A stretch of 62,207 nt of DNA, the filler included. It is 3 parts of 3 records of this genome, joined end to end, with 100 filler letters (N's around TTAATTAATTAA, not from the genome) between each part and the next. Parts side by side here need not be neighbours in the genome. Positions count along the whole stretch, not along the records: positions 1 to 25,488 come from DRR723986_4990; positions 25,589 to 47,229 come from DRR723986_4991; 1 more part is not named here. The stretch is one strand, 5' to 3'. This document shows, in pieces, positions 18,670 through 28,433 of the stretch. A program made the position numbers and the translations under genes. Numbering within the stretch: the first letter of the stretch is position 1; every line of letters begins with the position of its first letter. The notes below the pieces were generated by a model, which was not told the DNA's origin, made no database searches, and worked only from the letters and a program-made list of their open reading frames with translations.

Positions 18670-18948
18670 TCAGGTTTCTGGGGCGCTTGCCTTGAGGGCC
18701 AGCGCATGCAGGCCGGTATCGAATTCCTGTTGCAGGGCCAGCATGACGCTGCGCTGGATCTGTACGCGTGACAGGCCTTCGAAAGCCGCGGACGTGATTC
18801 TCACGCTGTAATGTGTCTCGCCTTCGGGGCGGGCGCCCGCATGACCGGCATGTTTGGCGCTGTCATCGGTGATTTCCAGCTCCACCGGCTGAAAAGCTTC
18901 AGTCAAAAGGTCGTGAATCCGCGACAGTCTGTCAGTCAGTTGTGGCAT
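18670..18948 (-). CDS. bolA: BolA family protein
   Basis: DDSAKHAGH, GETHY, SAAFEGLSRV, GLHAL. Confidence 0.92.
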   Translation of the reverse strand: MPQLTDRLSRIHDLLTEAFQPVELEITDDSAKHAGHAGARPEGETHYSVRITSAAFEGLSRVQIQRSVMLALQQEFDTGLHALALKASAPET

Positions 18949-18979
18949 CTTTAACGCGCACTCCCTATTATCCCGGGTC

Positions 18980-19612
18980 ATGTCCGATGGCGATCCATAC
19001 CCATACCGTGTCAAGTTCACCGATATAAGGGTGAACCCGCCGGCCGACGAGGTGTCGCGTGAGCGCGCGCGCAAGACTCGTGTCTGCGATCACAAGGGAT
19101 GTGACCTCGAAGGCAGCCACCCGGCGCCGAAGCGCGGGGCCAAGGGAAACGGGCGCCATTACTTCTGCGCCAAGCACATCGCCGAATACAATCGCAGCTT
19201 CAATTTCTTCGAAGGCATGTCTCAGGCCGAAGCCGCGGCCTTCGCGCGGGCCGAGCGATTCGGCCACAAGCGCACCTGGCGTTTCGGCACCGGGCCGATG
19301 GCTGGCAAGAAAAGCGCTGACCAGTTCGATCCGCGCCGCTGGGCAGGGCGCCGCTTCTTCGACATGGACGATGTGGCCGAGGCCACCGGCAATGCCACTG
19401 GCGGCCGTCGCTCCGGCTTGCAGGCCCGGGCGCTGCGCGAACTGGATCTTGAGATCGATGCTTCGCCGAACGAGATCCGCGCACGTTATGCCGAATATGT
19501 CCGCCGCTTCCACCCGGACTCCAATAAGGGTGACCGGTCGTCAGAAGACAAGCTTCAGCGCGTGCTACGGGCAGGCAAGCTGCTCAAGGCCGCCGGCCTG
19601 ATGAAAGGGTAG
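18980..19612 (+). CDS. J-domain (DnaJ-like) protein with N-terminal Cys/His cluster
   Basis: CDHKGC...FCAKH plus a C-terminal J domain with HPD; divergent from bolA as is usual in Alphaproteobacteria. Confidence 0.88.
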   Translation: MSDGDPYPYRVKFTDIRVNPPADEVSRERARKTRVCDHKGCDLEGSHPAPKRGAKGNGRHYFCAKHIAEYNRSFNFFEGMSQAEAAAFARAERFGHKRTWRFGTGPMAGKKSADQFDPRRWAGRRFFDMDDVAEATGNATGGRRSGLQARALRELDLEIDASPNEIRARYAEYVRRFHPDSNKGDRSSEDKLQRVLRAGKLLKAAGLMKG

Positions 19613-19620
19613 GGCGCCTC

Positions 19621-21123
19621 GTGCAGGACCTGCTCGTCATCGGCGGGGGCATCAACGGCACCGGCATTGCCCGCGATGCGGCCGGACGCGGACTGGATGT
19701 CGTGCTCGTCGAGAAGGACGATCTTGCCCAGCACACATCCTCTGCCAGCACCAAGCTGATCCATGGCGGGCTGCGTTACCTCGAAATGTATGATTTCGCG
19801 CTGGTGCGCAAAGCGCTGATCGAGCGGGAAATCCTGCTGCGCGCCGCGCCGCATATCATCTGGCCCATGCGCTTCGTTCTGCCGCATGACAAGGGCCAGC
19901 GCCCGGCCTGGCTGATCCGGCTTGGCTTGTTCCTGTATGACCATCTCGGCGGGCGGAAACTGCTGCCGGCGACGTCCACGCTGCACAGGGGCAAGACCGA
20001 CAAGCTCGATCCGCTCAAGGAGGAATTCCGGCTGGCCTTCGAATATTCCGATTGCTGGGTGGAGGATTCACGCCTTGTCGTGCTGAACGCGGTGGACGCG
20101 AAAGAACGCGGCGCAGAGGTGCTGACGCGCACGGCCTGCACGAAACTGACCCGGCACAAGGACCATTGGGACGCAACATTCGCGTCAGCCAGTGGAGCGG
20201 AGACGCGCCAGTTCCGGGCGGTTGTGAATGCGGCTGGCGGATGGGTGGACGAGATCATCGATCTTGCCGACCCACAGGATGAAGCCACGCACCTTCGCCT
20301 CGTCAAAGGCAGCCACATCATCGTGCCGAAATGGCATGACGGCGAGCACGCCTATTTCTTCCAGAATTCCGACGGGCGGATCATGTTCGCCATTCCGTAT
20401 GAGCGCGGCGAGTTCACGCTGATCGGCACGACAGACATTCCGCACACCGCCGAAAAGGACAAGGTTGAGATCAGCCAGGAAGAGATCGAGTATCTCTGCG
20501 CCGGGGCCAGCGAATACTATCAGCGCGCCATCACGCCTGACGATGTCGTCGCCACCTATTCCGGCGTGCGCCCGCTTTATGACGACCATGCGGCGTCTGC
20601 CTCAAAGGTCACAAGGGATTTCGTGCTGCACTATGAAACGGAGGGCGGCGCGCCGATCCTGTCTGTCTTCGGCGGCAAGATCACGACTTACCGGGAACTC
20701 GCCGAGGAAGCGGTGGCAGAGCTGGCCCCCCTGTTCGAAGGCCTGCCGAAGACCTGGACACGCCATGCCAGCCTGCCGGGCGGCGACATTCCAGCGGCGA
20801 ATTTCGACGCTTATCTTTCCGGCCTCGTTCTGACTCATCCGCACCTGCCGGTGGAACTGCTGACGCGGCTCGCCCGCGCCTATGGCACCCGCACGCGGGA
20901 TCTGCTCGGCGATGCAGATATGCTGGCAGACCTCGGCCGGGAATTCGGCGGCGGCCTGACCGAGCGCGAAGTCGCCTGGCTGGTTGATCAGGAGTTTGCC
21001 CGCAGCGCCGAGGACATCCTCTATCGGCGCTCCAAGCTCTACCTGCACATGACGAAAGAAGAGCAGGGCGCCTTCACCGACTGGTTCAATACCAGCCATC
21101 CCGCCATCCCTCCCGCCTGCTGA
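19621..21123 (+). CDS. glpD: FAD-dependent glycerol-3-phosphate dehydrogenase
   Basis: GGGINGTGIARDAAGRGL, TSSASTKLIHGGLRYLE, KGSH, GTTD, GGKITTYR. Confidence 0.95.
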   Translation: MQDLLVIGGGINGTGIARDAAGRGLDVVLVEKDDLAQHTSSASTKLIHGGLRYLEMYDFALVRKALIEREILLRAAPHIIWPMRFVLPHDKGQRPAWLIRLGLFLYDHLGGRKLLPATSTLHRGKTDKLDPLKEEFRLAFEYSDCWVEDSRLVVLNAVDAKERGAEVLTRTACTKLTRHKDHWDATFASASGAETRQFRAVVNAAGGWVDEIIDLADPQDEATHLRLVKGSHIIVPKWHDGEHAYFFQNSDGRIMFAIPYERGEFTLIGTTDIPHTAEKDKVEISQEEIEYLCAGASEYYQRAITPDDVVATYSGVRPLYDDHAASASKVTRDFVLHYETEGGAPILSVFGGKITTYRELAEEAVAELAPLFEGLPKTWTRHASLPGGDIPAANFDAYLSGLVLTHPHLPVELLTRLARAYGTRTRDLLGDADMLADLGREFGGGLTEREVAWLVDQEFARSAEDILYRRSKLYLHMTKEEQGAFTDWFNTSHPAIPPAC

Positions 21124-21235
21124 CATTATGTGCAACAGCCCGTGCGCTGCTGTGCCCCGTACGGGGGCCATAGACAGGCCCGGCGGCGTGTGGTGAAAGG
21201 CGGAAAATCAAACGTTCAGGCAGGGTTTGACCAAC

Positions 21236-22225
21236 ATGACCAAAGGCTTGGTGACCATTTTCGGCGGTTCGGGCTTTATCGGGCGCTATGCGGCCCGTGA
21301 GCTGGTGAAAAAAGGCTGGCGTGTGCGTGTGGCCTGCCGCCGGGTGAATCTGGCCGGCGATGTGCGTCTGGCTGGCGCACCGGGCTGGGTCGACATCGCT
21401 CAGGCCAATATCCGCGACCGCGCCTCGATCGAGCGCGCGCTGGAAGATGCCGATGCCGTGGTGAACCTGGTTGGCGTCCTCACCGAAAAGGGCAAGCAGA
21501 CCTTCGAATCGACGCAGGCCGAAGGTGCCGCCCTGGTGGCCGAGATTGCGGCAGGGAAGGGCATCACCCGTTTTGTTCAGGTTTCCGCCATCGGCGCCGA
21601 CGCAGAGTCGAAGTCTGTCTACGCCAGGACCAAGGCAGAGGCTGAAGCTGCCGTGCGCGAAGCGATCCCGACGGCGACCATCCTGCGCCCGTCCGTCGTG
21701 TTCGGGCCGGAAGACGAATTCTTCAACCGCTTTGCCCAGATGGCCCGCGTGGCCCCGCTTATGCCGGCCATCGGTGGCGGCAAAACGAAGATGCAGCCGG
21801 TCTATGCCGGTCACGTGGCCGAGGCGATTGCCGTGGCCGTCGACGATGAGGCGACCGAAGGCAAGACCTATGAGCTCGGCGGTCCGCGCGTCTACACGAT
21901 GAACGAGATCTATGATTTCGTCTGCAAGACGATCTCCCGCCCGCGCTTCAAGATCACGCTGCCGTTCTTTGCGGCCAAGCCGATCGGTTACCTGTCAGGC
22001 GCTGTCTGGCGCTACGTTCCGCCATTCTCCTGGGGTTTCCTCGGCGATGCGCCGGTGACGGGCGACCAGGTCGAGCTGCTGAAGACCGACAATGTCGTCG
22101 CTGAAGGTGCTCTCACGCTGGCGGATCTTGGTGTCACCACGCTGGAAACGCCCGAAGCGATCGTGCCGACCTATCTCTGGCGCTTCCGCGACTATGGCGA
22201 GTTCCACAAGGCGTCTGAAGCCTGA
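21236..22225 (+). CDS. Complex I NDUFA9-family NAD(P)-binding atypical SDR
   Basis: FGGSGFIGR, VSAIGAD, YARTK, RPSVVFGPED. Confidence 0.88.
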   Translation: MTKGLVTIFGGSGFIGRYAARELVKKGWRVRVACRRVNLAGDVRLAGAPGWVDIAQANIRDRASIERALEDADAVVNLVGVLTEKGKQTFESTQAEGAALVAEIAAGKGITRFVQVSAIGADAESKSVYARTKAEAEAAVREAIPTATILRPSVVFGPEDEFFNRFAQMARVAPLMPAIGGGKTKMQPVYAGHVAEAIAVAVDDEATEGKTYELGGPRVYTMNEIYDFVCKTISRPRFKITLPFFAAKPIGYLSGAVWRYVPPFSWGFLGDAPVTGDQVELLKTDNVVAEGALTLADLGVTTLETPEAIVPTYLWRFRDYGEFHKASEA

Positions 22226-22226
22226 T

Positions 22227-23081
22227 CTAGAACAGTCCGATCAGGGGTGAGCCCAGCAGGAGCAGGGCGCCCAGCAGGAATCTGTACAGCACGAAGGGCA
22301 GGAAGCTCATCCGTCTGAGCAGGGCCATCAGGCCCCAGATGGAGGCGAGCCCGGTGATGAAGGCAATGCCCGCCACGACCAGCCCGTCCTGCAGGGTCAG
22401 CACGGCGCTGCCGTCTGCTTCTGCCGTGAAGAGGCCGTAGGCGCCGTAAAGGCCCGCAGCAGCCAGGATCGGCGCACCGATCAGCATGGAAATCCGGGCC
22501 GCTTCGGTCCGCTCATAGCCGAGCGCGCGGGCGGCCGTCATGGTAATGCCGGAGCGGCTGGTGCCCGGGATGATCGCGGCGATTGCCTGCGTCGCGCCGA
22601 TCAGGGCGGCATGGGCAAGGGTCATGTCTTCTTCCTTGCGGGTGCGCGGGCCGGCAACGTCTGCCCACCAGAGCAGGGCGCCGAAGAAGATGGTCGCCCC
22701 GGCCACGGTGTAGACGCTGCGCATCATGTCCTGCAGGCCCTGGGGCAGCACCGCCTCGTAGAGCAGGGCGGCGATCAGGGCGATGGGCGTTGCCACGATC
22801 ACGCAGGCGGCGAGACGTCCGCCCTGCGAAAGCGGTTTCTTCGAGACCGGCGCGGACAGAAGTTCGAACCCGCCGAGAAAGGCGAGGATCACGTCCTTGC
22901 GGAAATAGATCAGCATGGCCGCCAGCGTTCCGAGATTGGAAACGGCATTGATCAGCAGCTCATCCCGTCCGGAGACACCGAACGTGTCGGAGGCGAGCAG
23001 GACATGGGCGGAAGAGGAGATGGGCAGCCATTCCGTGATCCCCTGAAGGGTCGCGATGATGGCAAGCTGTAGCAGTGACAA
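22227..23081 (-). CDS. uppP: Undecaprenyl-diphosphate phosphatase
   Basis: QGITEWLPISSSAH and PGTSRSGIT motifs; multiple TM segments. Confidence 0.93.
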   Translation of the reverse strand: MSLLQLAIIATLQGITEWLPISSSAHVLLASDTFGVSGRDELLINAVSNLGTLAAMLIYFRKDVILAFLGGFELLSAPVSKKPLSQGGRLAACVIVATPIALIAALLYEAVLPQGLQDMMRSVYTVAGATIFFGALLWWADVAGPRTRKEEDMTLAHAALIGATQAIAAIIPGTSRSGITMTAARALGYERTEAARISMLIGAPILAAAGLYGAYGLFTAEADGSAVLTLQDGLVVAGIAFITGLASIWGLMALLRRMSFLPFVLYRFLLGALLLLGSPLIGLF

Positions 23082-23151
23082 CGGGCTGGCCTTTCAGAGC
23101 TTTGCCAGAAGGTCTAATTTGGTTTGACCAGAGAGGCACGCGCTTTTCTCT

Positions 23152-23239
23152 ATATCAATTCGATATTCATAGGCCGTATCGATCTGGTTGGGTATGGCAT
23201 TATCTGCGCTGTATTTGCACATAGATATCATATCGATAT
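23152..23239. promoter_or_regulatory. Two LysR-type T-N11-A palindromes ATATC-N5-GATAT upstream of gltD
   Basis: ATATCAATTCGATAT (23152-23166) and ATATCATATCGATAT (23225-23239) in an AT-rich divergent intergenic region. Confidence 0.55.
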
Positions 23240-23312
23240 TGTTTATTGCAGATTCATCTTGCCGCCTCCGTGCTCTGGTTCTATGCCCGGTGCAGATACT
23301 CGGGAGGCCGGT

Positions 23313-24755
23313 ATGGCGGAAAGAATGCTGCAGTTTATCCATGTGCCGCGCACCATGCCGGACAAACGTGGTGCGAAACAGCGGGCAACGGATTTCGCGG
23401 AAATCTACGATGCGTTCGGTGCGGATGCGGCCAAGGTGCAGGCGTCCCGATGTTCGCAATGCGGCGTGCCTTTCTGCCAGCAGGGCTGCCCCCTGCAGAA
23501 CAATATCCCGGACTGGCTGCGTCTTGCCGCAGAAGGCCGGCTGGAAGAGGCCTGGCGGGTCTCGTCCTCGACCAACAACATGCCGGAGATCTGCGGACGC
23601 ATCTGCCCGCAGGACCGGCTGTGCGAAGGCATCTGCACGATCGAGCAATCCGGCCATGGCACGGTGACGATCGGCTCGATCGAGAAATACATTACGGACA
23701 ATGCGTGGGCGGAAGGCTGGGTGGAGCCGATCAAGCCGGTCCGCGAGCGCAAGCAATCGGCGGGCATCATCGGTGCAGGCCCGGCAGGCCTGGCCGCGGC
23801 CGAACAGCTGCGCCGCAAGGGATATCAGGTCACGATCTACGACGCGTACGACCGGGGCGGCGGCCTGCTGACCTATGGTATTCCGGGCTTCAAGCTCGAG
23901 AAGGATGTCGTGGAACGGCGCATCCAGCGGCTGGAAGACTCCGGCATCAAGTTCAAGTTCAACACGCGCGTCGGCAAGAAAGTGACGCTGCAGAAACTGC
24001 GCGACACGCATGACACCGTGCTGATTGCAACGGGCGTCTATGCGGCAAAGGACCTGAAGTGCCCGGGTTCCGGCTCTGACGGTGTGCATGCGGCGCTCGA
24101 TTACCTGACGGCGTCGAACCGCAAGGGATTTGGCGATGCTGTGCCGGAATTCGACGTCGGCACGCTGGACGCAAAGGACAAGCGCGTCGTCGTGATCGGC
24201 GGCGGCGATACGGCGATGGACTGTGTGCGTACGGCGATCCGTCAGGGCGCCGAGGAAGTGACCTGTCTCTATCGCCGCGACCGGGCCAACATGCCGGGCA
24301 GCCAGCGCGAAGTGCAGAATGCCGAGGAAGAAGGCGTGAAGTTCGAATGGCTCGCCAGCCCGGAAGCGATCCTCGACACCAGGGGCAAGGCCAAAGGCGT
24401 ACGCGCCGCACGGATGAAACTGGGGGAACCGGATGCCTCCGGCCGCCAGAGCCCGGTGAAGACCGGCGAGACCTTCAATGTGAAGGCCGACATGGTGATC
24501 AAGGCGCTGGGGTTTGACCCGGAAGACCTGCCGGCTCTGTTCGACGAGCCGGCCCTGTCGGTCAATCGCTGGGGCGCGGTGAAGGTGGACTACTCCACGA
24601 TGGAAACCAGCCTGCCGGGCGTTTACGCCGCTGGCGATATCGTTCGCGGCGCGTCGCTTGTTGTCTGGGGTATCAAGGATGGACGCGACGCAGCAGAGGC
24701 CATGCATCAGGCCATGAAACAGGACGCACGTGCCTCCAAAGTGGCGGCGGAGTAA
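23313..24755 (+). CDS. gltD: Glutamate synthase small (NADPH) subunit
   Basis: RCSQCGVPFCQQGCP, CGRICPQDRLCEGIC, GAGPAG, GGGDTAMD, GASLVVW. Confidence 0.96.
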   Translation: MAERMLQFIHVPRTMPDKRGAKQRATDFAEIYDAFGADAAKVQASRCSQCGVPFCQQGCPLQNNIPDWLRLAAEGRLEEAWRVSSSTNNMPEICGRICPQDRLCEGICTIEQSGHGTVTIGSIEKYITDNAWAEGWVEPIKPVRERKQSAGIIGAGPAGLAAAEQLRRKGYQVTIYDAYDRGGGLLTYGIPGFKLEKDVVERRIQRLEDSGIKFKFNTRVGKKVTLQKLRDTHDTVLIATGVYAAKDLKCPGSGSDGVHAALDYLTASNRKGFGDAVPEFDVGTLDAKDKRVVVIGGGDTAMDCVRTAIRQGAEEVTCLYRRDRANMPGSQREVQNAEEEGVKFEWLASPEAILDTRGKAKGVRAARMKLGEPDASGRQSPVKTGETFNVKADMVIKALGFDPEDLPALFDEPALSVNRWGAVKVDYSTMETSLPGVYAAGDIVRGASLVVWGIKDGRDAAEAMHQAMKQDARASKVAAE

Positions 24756-24759
24756 TCAG

Positions 24760-25488
24760 ATGACAGACTATGTGAAACAGTACGAACAGAACCGTCAGCG
24801 CCTGATCGAGGCAAACGCCTACAGTCCGCTGGACGAACATGATGCCTGCGGCGTGGGCCTTGTGGCCTCGCTGGACGGCAAGCCGCGCCGCGAGATCGTC
24901 GAGATGGGCATCAAGGCCCTGAAGAATGTCTGGCACCGAGGCGCGGTCGATGCCGACGGCAAAACGGGTGATGGCGCCGGTATCCGCGTGGAAGTGCCGC
25001 AGGAATTCTTCCGCGAGCATGTCACCCGCACCGGCCACAAGCCGACGGACGATCCGATCTGCGTCGGCCAGATCTTCCTGCCGCGTACGGATTTCGCTGC
25101 GCAGGAAGCGGCGCGGACTTTGGTCGAGACCGAAGTGCTGCATTTCGGCTTCTATATCTATGGCTGGCGGCAGCCGCCGATTGACGTATCCGTCATCGGC
25201 CAGAAAGCGAAAGACACACGCCCCGCGATCGAGCAGATCATGTTCCGCGACGCGATGGGCCGCTCCAGCGAGGAACTGGAGCGTGCACTTTACATCTGCC
25301 GCCGCCGAATCGAACGCCGGGCCCGCGAAGCGGCGATCCCGAGCTTCTATATCTGCTCGCTGAGCAACGCGTCCTTGATTTACAAGGGCATGTTCCTGGC
25401 GCAGGACATCGACAAGTTTTATCTCGACCTGCAGAGCGAGCAGTTCAGCTCATCCTTTGCGATCTATCACCAGCGCTATTCCACCAAC
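24760..25488 (+). CDS. gltB: Glutamate synthase large subunit (5' part, truncated at contig end)
   Basis: EHDACGVG, HRGAVDADGKTGDGAG, YKGM, HQRYSTN. Confidence 0.96.
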
Positions 25489-25588
25489 NNNNNNNNNNNN
25501 NNNNNNNNNNNNNNNNNNNNNNNNNNNNNNNNTTAATTAATTAANNNNNNNNNNNNNNNNNNNNNNNNNNNNNNNNNNNNNNNNNNNN
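25489..25588. other. Artificial contig spacer (44 N + TTAATTAATTAA + 44 N)
   Basis: N run with an all-frame stop linker. Composition and gene style change abruptly across it. Confidence 0.99.
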
Positions 25589-25602
25589 GTCACCCCAGGT
25601 GG

Positions 25603-26778
25603 TCACCCCAGGTGGTCAACAAAGTGACGAGGAACGCGGGCGGAAATGCCCGACAAGATTTCATAAGCGATTGTGCCGGCAGCTTCCGCAAGCTGGTCGG
25701 CACCCTGAGACAGGTTTCCCTGGCTGCCGATAATCACAACTTCGTCGCCAGGTACAACCTGCTCGTTAACACGCGCCATGCATTGATCCATGCAGATTGT
25801 GCCAACGAGCTGAAACTTTTGTCCGCGAATCAGGCAGCCGCCGCGGTTGCTGATTGCGCGCATTAATCCATCGCCATAGCCGATGCTAATTGTAGCAATG
25901 CGTTCGCGTTGTGTGGCGATATAGTTCCTGCCGTAGCTGACACTTTCGCCGGGATTGATCCAGCGGAGGGCGCTGACGCGCGCATGCAACTGCAGAACCG
26001 GTTTAACAGCCATCGGGTGTGCGATTTCAGCTGAAGCCTGGTAGCCGTAAAGAGAGATGCCTGGGCGCACCATATTAAAATGGCCGGCGGCAAGATCACT
26101 TAGGGCTGCACTGTTAGCGGCATGCACCAATTCAAACTCAAAACCAGAAGACTCTAAACTGTTAAGTGTTGCATTAAACAAGCTGAGTTGTTCGAGCGCA
26201 AAAGATTTATCGTTTGAGTCGGCGTTGGCAAAGTGAGTGCAGATGCCCTTGATGTTAATATGTTTGCATTCGGCAAGCTCCAGCAGGAACTGAGGAGCCT
26301 CGGCATCGTAGATACCGTCGCGGTGCATGCCTGTGTCAATATAAACATGCGCATGTAATCGCATGGAGCGTGCGGCGGCACTTTGCTCAAAGGCCTTAAC
26401 AAGTTCGGCGTCGCAGGCTACGAATTCAAGTTGATATTCGCAGAATACATCCGCTTCGCCGGGGAGTGGGGGCGAGAGTACCAGGATATTTCCGCGATCG
26501 CCGGCTTTGCGTAAATGGATGCCTTCTTCGGCAAATGCAACTCCAAGGTATTCAACGCCTTCGCTGCGCAGCAGCTGCGCACATTCCACAATCCCGTGTC
26601 CATACGCGTTGGCCTTGACCATTGCCATCACCTGGCGGCCGGGCACACGATGGCGCAGGGCGTCCAGATTGCGGCGCAGGCGGCCCAGGTTAACCTGAGC
26701 ATGGCAACGCAAAGATCCACGGGGCGGAGAGTTCGTCAATGTGTTTCTGTTGGGTTTATGCGTGAACGTGTCGTGCAC
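25603..26778 (-). CDS. alr: Alanine racemase
   Basis: VKANAYGHG (PLP lysine), DTGMHR, THFA, ANSA, RPGISLYG, GYGDG, ICMDQ. Confidence 0.96.
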   Translation of the reverse strand: MHDTFTHKPNRNTLTNSPPRGSLRCHAQVNLGRLRRNLDALRHRVPGRQVMAMVKANAYGHGIVECAQLLRSEGVEYLGVAFAEEGIHLRKAGDRGNILVLSPPLPGEADVFCEYQLEFVACDAELVKAFEQSAAARSMRLHAHVYIDTGMHRDGIYDAEAPQFLLELAECKHINIKGICTHFANADSNDKSFALEQLSLFNATLNSLESSGFEFELVHAANSAALSDLAAGHFNMVRPGISLYGYQASAEIAHPMAVKPVLQLHARVSALRWINPGESVSYGRNYIATQRERIATISIGYGDGLMRAISNRGGCLIRGQKFQLVGTICMDQCMARVNEQVVPGDEVVIIGSQGNLSQGADQLAEAAGTIAYEILSGISARVPRHFVDHLG

Positions 26779-26817
26779 TTCAGAGTTATTCAGGAGTGCG
26801 ATGGTATGCGGCTGATC

Positions 26818-27192
26818 TCAAAGGGAAGTATCAGTCGCCTCTGACTTCAGTGCCGGAGCGTGCTGGCTGCGTGCCACTAAACAAATTGCGAGCCCAAAGA
26901 TGCCACCGGCGAGCATCAGTGTATCACTAAGGCGAGCCAGCGGGCCAAGAGTATCCGTGCCGAAGATCAGAAAACATGCATACAGTCCGCTGAGGGTGGC
27001 GCACGTAAAGGTACCGACGCTAAAGCCACCGGATCTGCCACTGAGCAGAAGGTAACCGGAGAATATCAGCAATGTCCCAAACATAGCACCCAGTATGATC
27101 ACAAGCGATTCATTCAGGTCAAGGCTGACTGACGAAAACGCCAGTGAGGAGAAGACTCCGTATGCTATTAAAAAAATTCCGCTGGACCGCAT
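26818..27192 (-). CDS. Hypothetical 4-TM membrane protein
   Basis: Four hydrophobic segments; fills the gap co-oriented with the asparaginase gene and alr. Confidence 0.65.
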   Translation of the reverse strand: MRSSGIFLIAYGVFSSLAFSSVSLDLNESLVIILGAMFGTLLIFSGYLLLSGRSGGFSVGTFTCATLSGLYACFLIFGTDTLGPLARLSDTLMLAGGIFGLAICLVARSQHAPALKSEATDTSL

Positions 27193-27293
27193 GCACTCCT
27201 ACTGCGAATTAAGTGGCTGGGCTGTTACACTGCTATCGATTGACGATTTGGGGCTTTGCTTTTGGCCCCGCTGCCAATGGGGAACACTTGATG

Positions 27294-28301
27294 TTAGTCA
27301 ACGTGACTCCATTCGAACATTTGGCGCAACTCTTGTTTGTTTAAGCCTGCTCCGATAGCCATGAGCAATTTAATACGTGCTTTTTGGGCATTGACGTAGT
27401 CGGCAAAAATTATTCCGGCTTCGTAGAGCATTTTTCCGGCACCTTCGTACGAATAAATTCGTTCAACACGGCCAACAAGGCAGCGCGAGACGATTACGAC
27501 ATTGATGCCGTCTGCAGCGGCTTCTATGAGTAGCGGTGCAATCGGCGGCGGGACGTTGCCGACTCCCATTGCTTCCACGACGATTCCAGTCGGCTTTTGA
27601 TTGATGACATATTGCAGGAGTTCGGTTCCCTGTCCGCAATAGGTCATGAGCACCGGCACGTATTCAGGAATGGACGTGATGCGCAGGTTGTCCCGATGCA
27701 CGGCTTTGCGATAAATCTGAACGGCTCCCTGGACAACACGGCCAATCGGACCAAAGTCGGCGCTTTCAAAAGTTTGAATGTTGCTGGTGTCAACTTTAGA
27801 GACTTCGGAGGCCGCGTGCACGATTTCAGCCATGCACACCAGAACTCCCAGGTTGCGCGCGCGTGGCGACGTGGCCAGGAGGATTGAGTCACGCAGGTTG
27901 CGCGGTCCATCCCAATCCATGTCACTGGCATTGCGCATTGAGCCGACCACAACGACGGGTTTGGGGGAGTCGAGGTAACAATCCAGGAAAAAGGCTGTTT
28001 CTTCGAGCGTATCGGTTCCATGAGTTACGAGAACACCGACGACTTCTTCATCAGCCAGGTAGTTTTCAACTACCTGAGCCAGTTCGAGCATCAGGTGTGG
28101 CGTGATATGCGGTCCGGGGTAGGCCCCGAATTCGTGCAGTGCGATATCGGCCAGTTTGTGCAGGCTGGGGCTTAGATCCAGAATTTCCTGGGCGGAAAGC
28201 GCGGGCTGCAGACCTCCAAATGTGGGGTCAACTTTCATTGAAATCGTCCCACCGGTGAAGACAATGACGACTTTTTTACGTTTGGGGGAGATTCGTGTCA
28301 T
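27294..28301 (-). CDS. L-asparaginase (cytoplasmic)
   Basis: TGGTISM and HGTDTLEET catalytic Thr motifs, G.GN, KARIKL. Confidence 0.93.
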   Translation of the reverse strand: MTRISPKRKKVVIVFTGGTISMKVDPTFGGLQPALSAQEILDLSPSLHKLADIALHEFGAYPGPHITPHLMLELAQVVENYLADEEVVGVLVTHGTDTLEETAFFLDCYLDSPKPVVVVGSMRNASDMDWDGPRNLRDSILLATSPRARNLGVLVCMAEIVHAASEVSKVDTSNIQTFESADFGPIGRVVQGAVQIYRKAVHRDNLRITSIPEYVPVLMTYCGQGTELLQYVINQKPTGIVVEAMGVGNVPPPIAPLLIEAAADGINVVIVSRCLVGRVERIYSYEGAGKMLYEAGIIFADYVNAQKARIKLLMAIGAGLNKQELRQMFEWSHVD

Positions 28302-28433
28302 AGCTCTTCCTCAGGCCTGAGTTCCAATTCTATGCGGTACTGTTTGAATTAATAACAGCTGCAAGTTAGCCATGCGACGCCATCTGAACGGTCTTTATTC
28401 CGTTTTATTGGCCTTTTTTCCTAATTTTTGCAT

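Noticed and set aside
23124..23312. N-terminal extensions given by the ORF track (gltD from 23124, aroB 15608, GNAT 8304, bolA 19074, pilin 48758, TPR 48662)
   Set aside because: They run through promoter regions or neighbouring genes. Downstream starts with SD sequences or stop/start overlaps fit family lengths better.
25533..25544. TTAATTAATTAA as a regulatory site or repeat (also 47274-47285)
   Set aside because: Embedded in N runs; it is an artificial all-frame stop linker.
25589..25614. 13-bp tandem duplication GTCACCCCAGGTG x2 at the alr 3' end
   Set aside because: Sits exactly at a contig edge. It could be an att-like duplication but is more simply an assembly artefact, and cannot be tested here.
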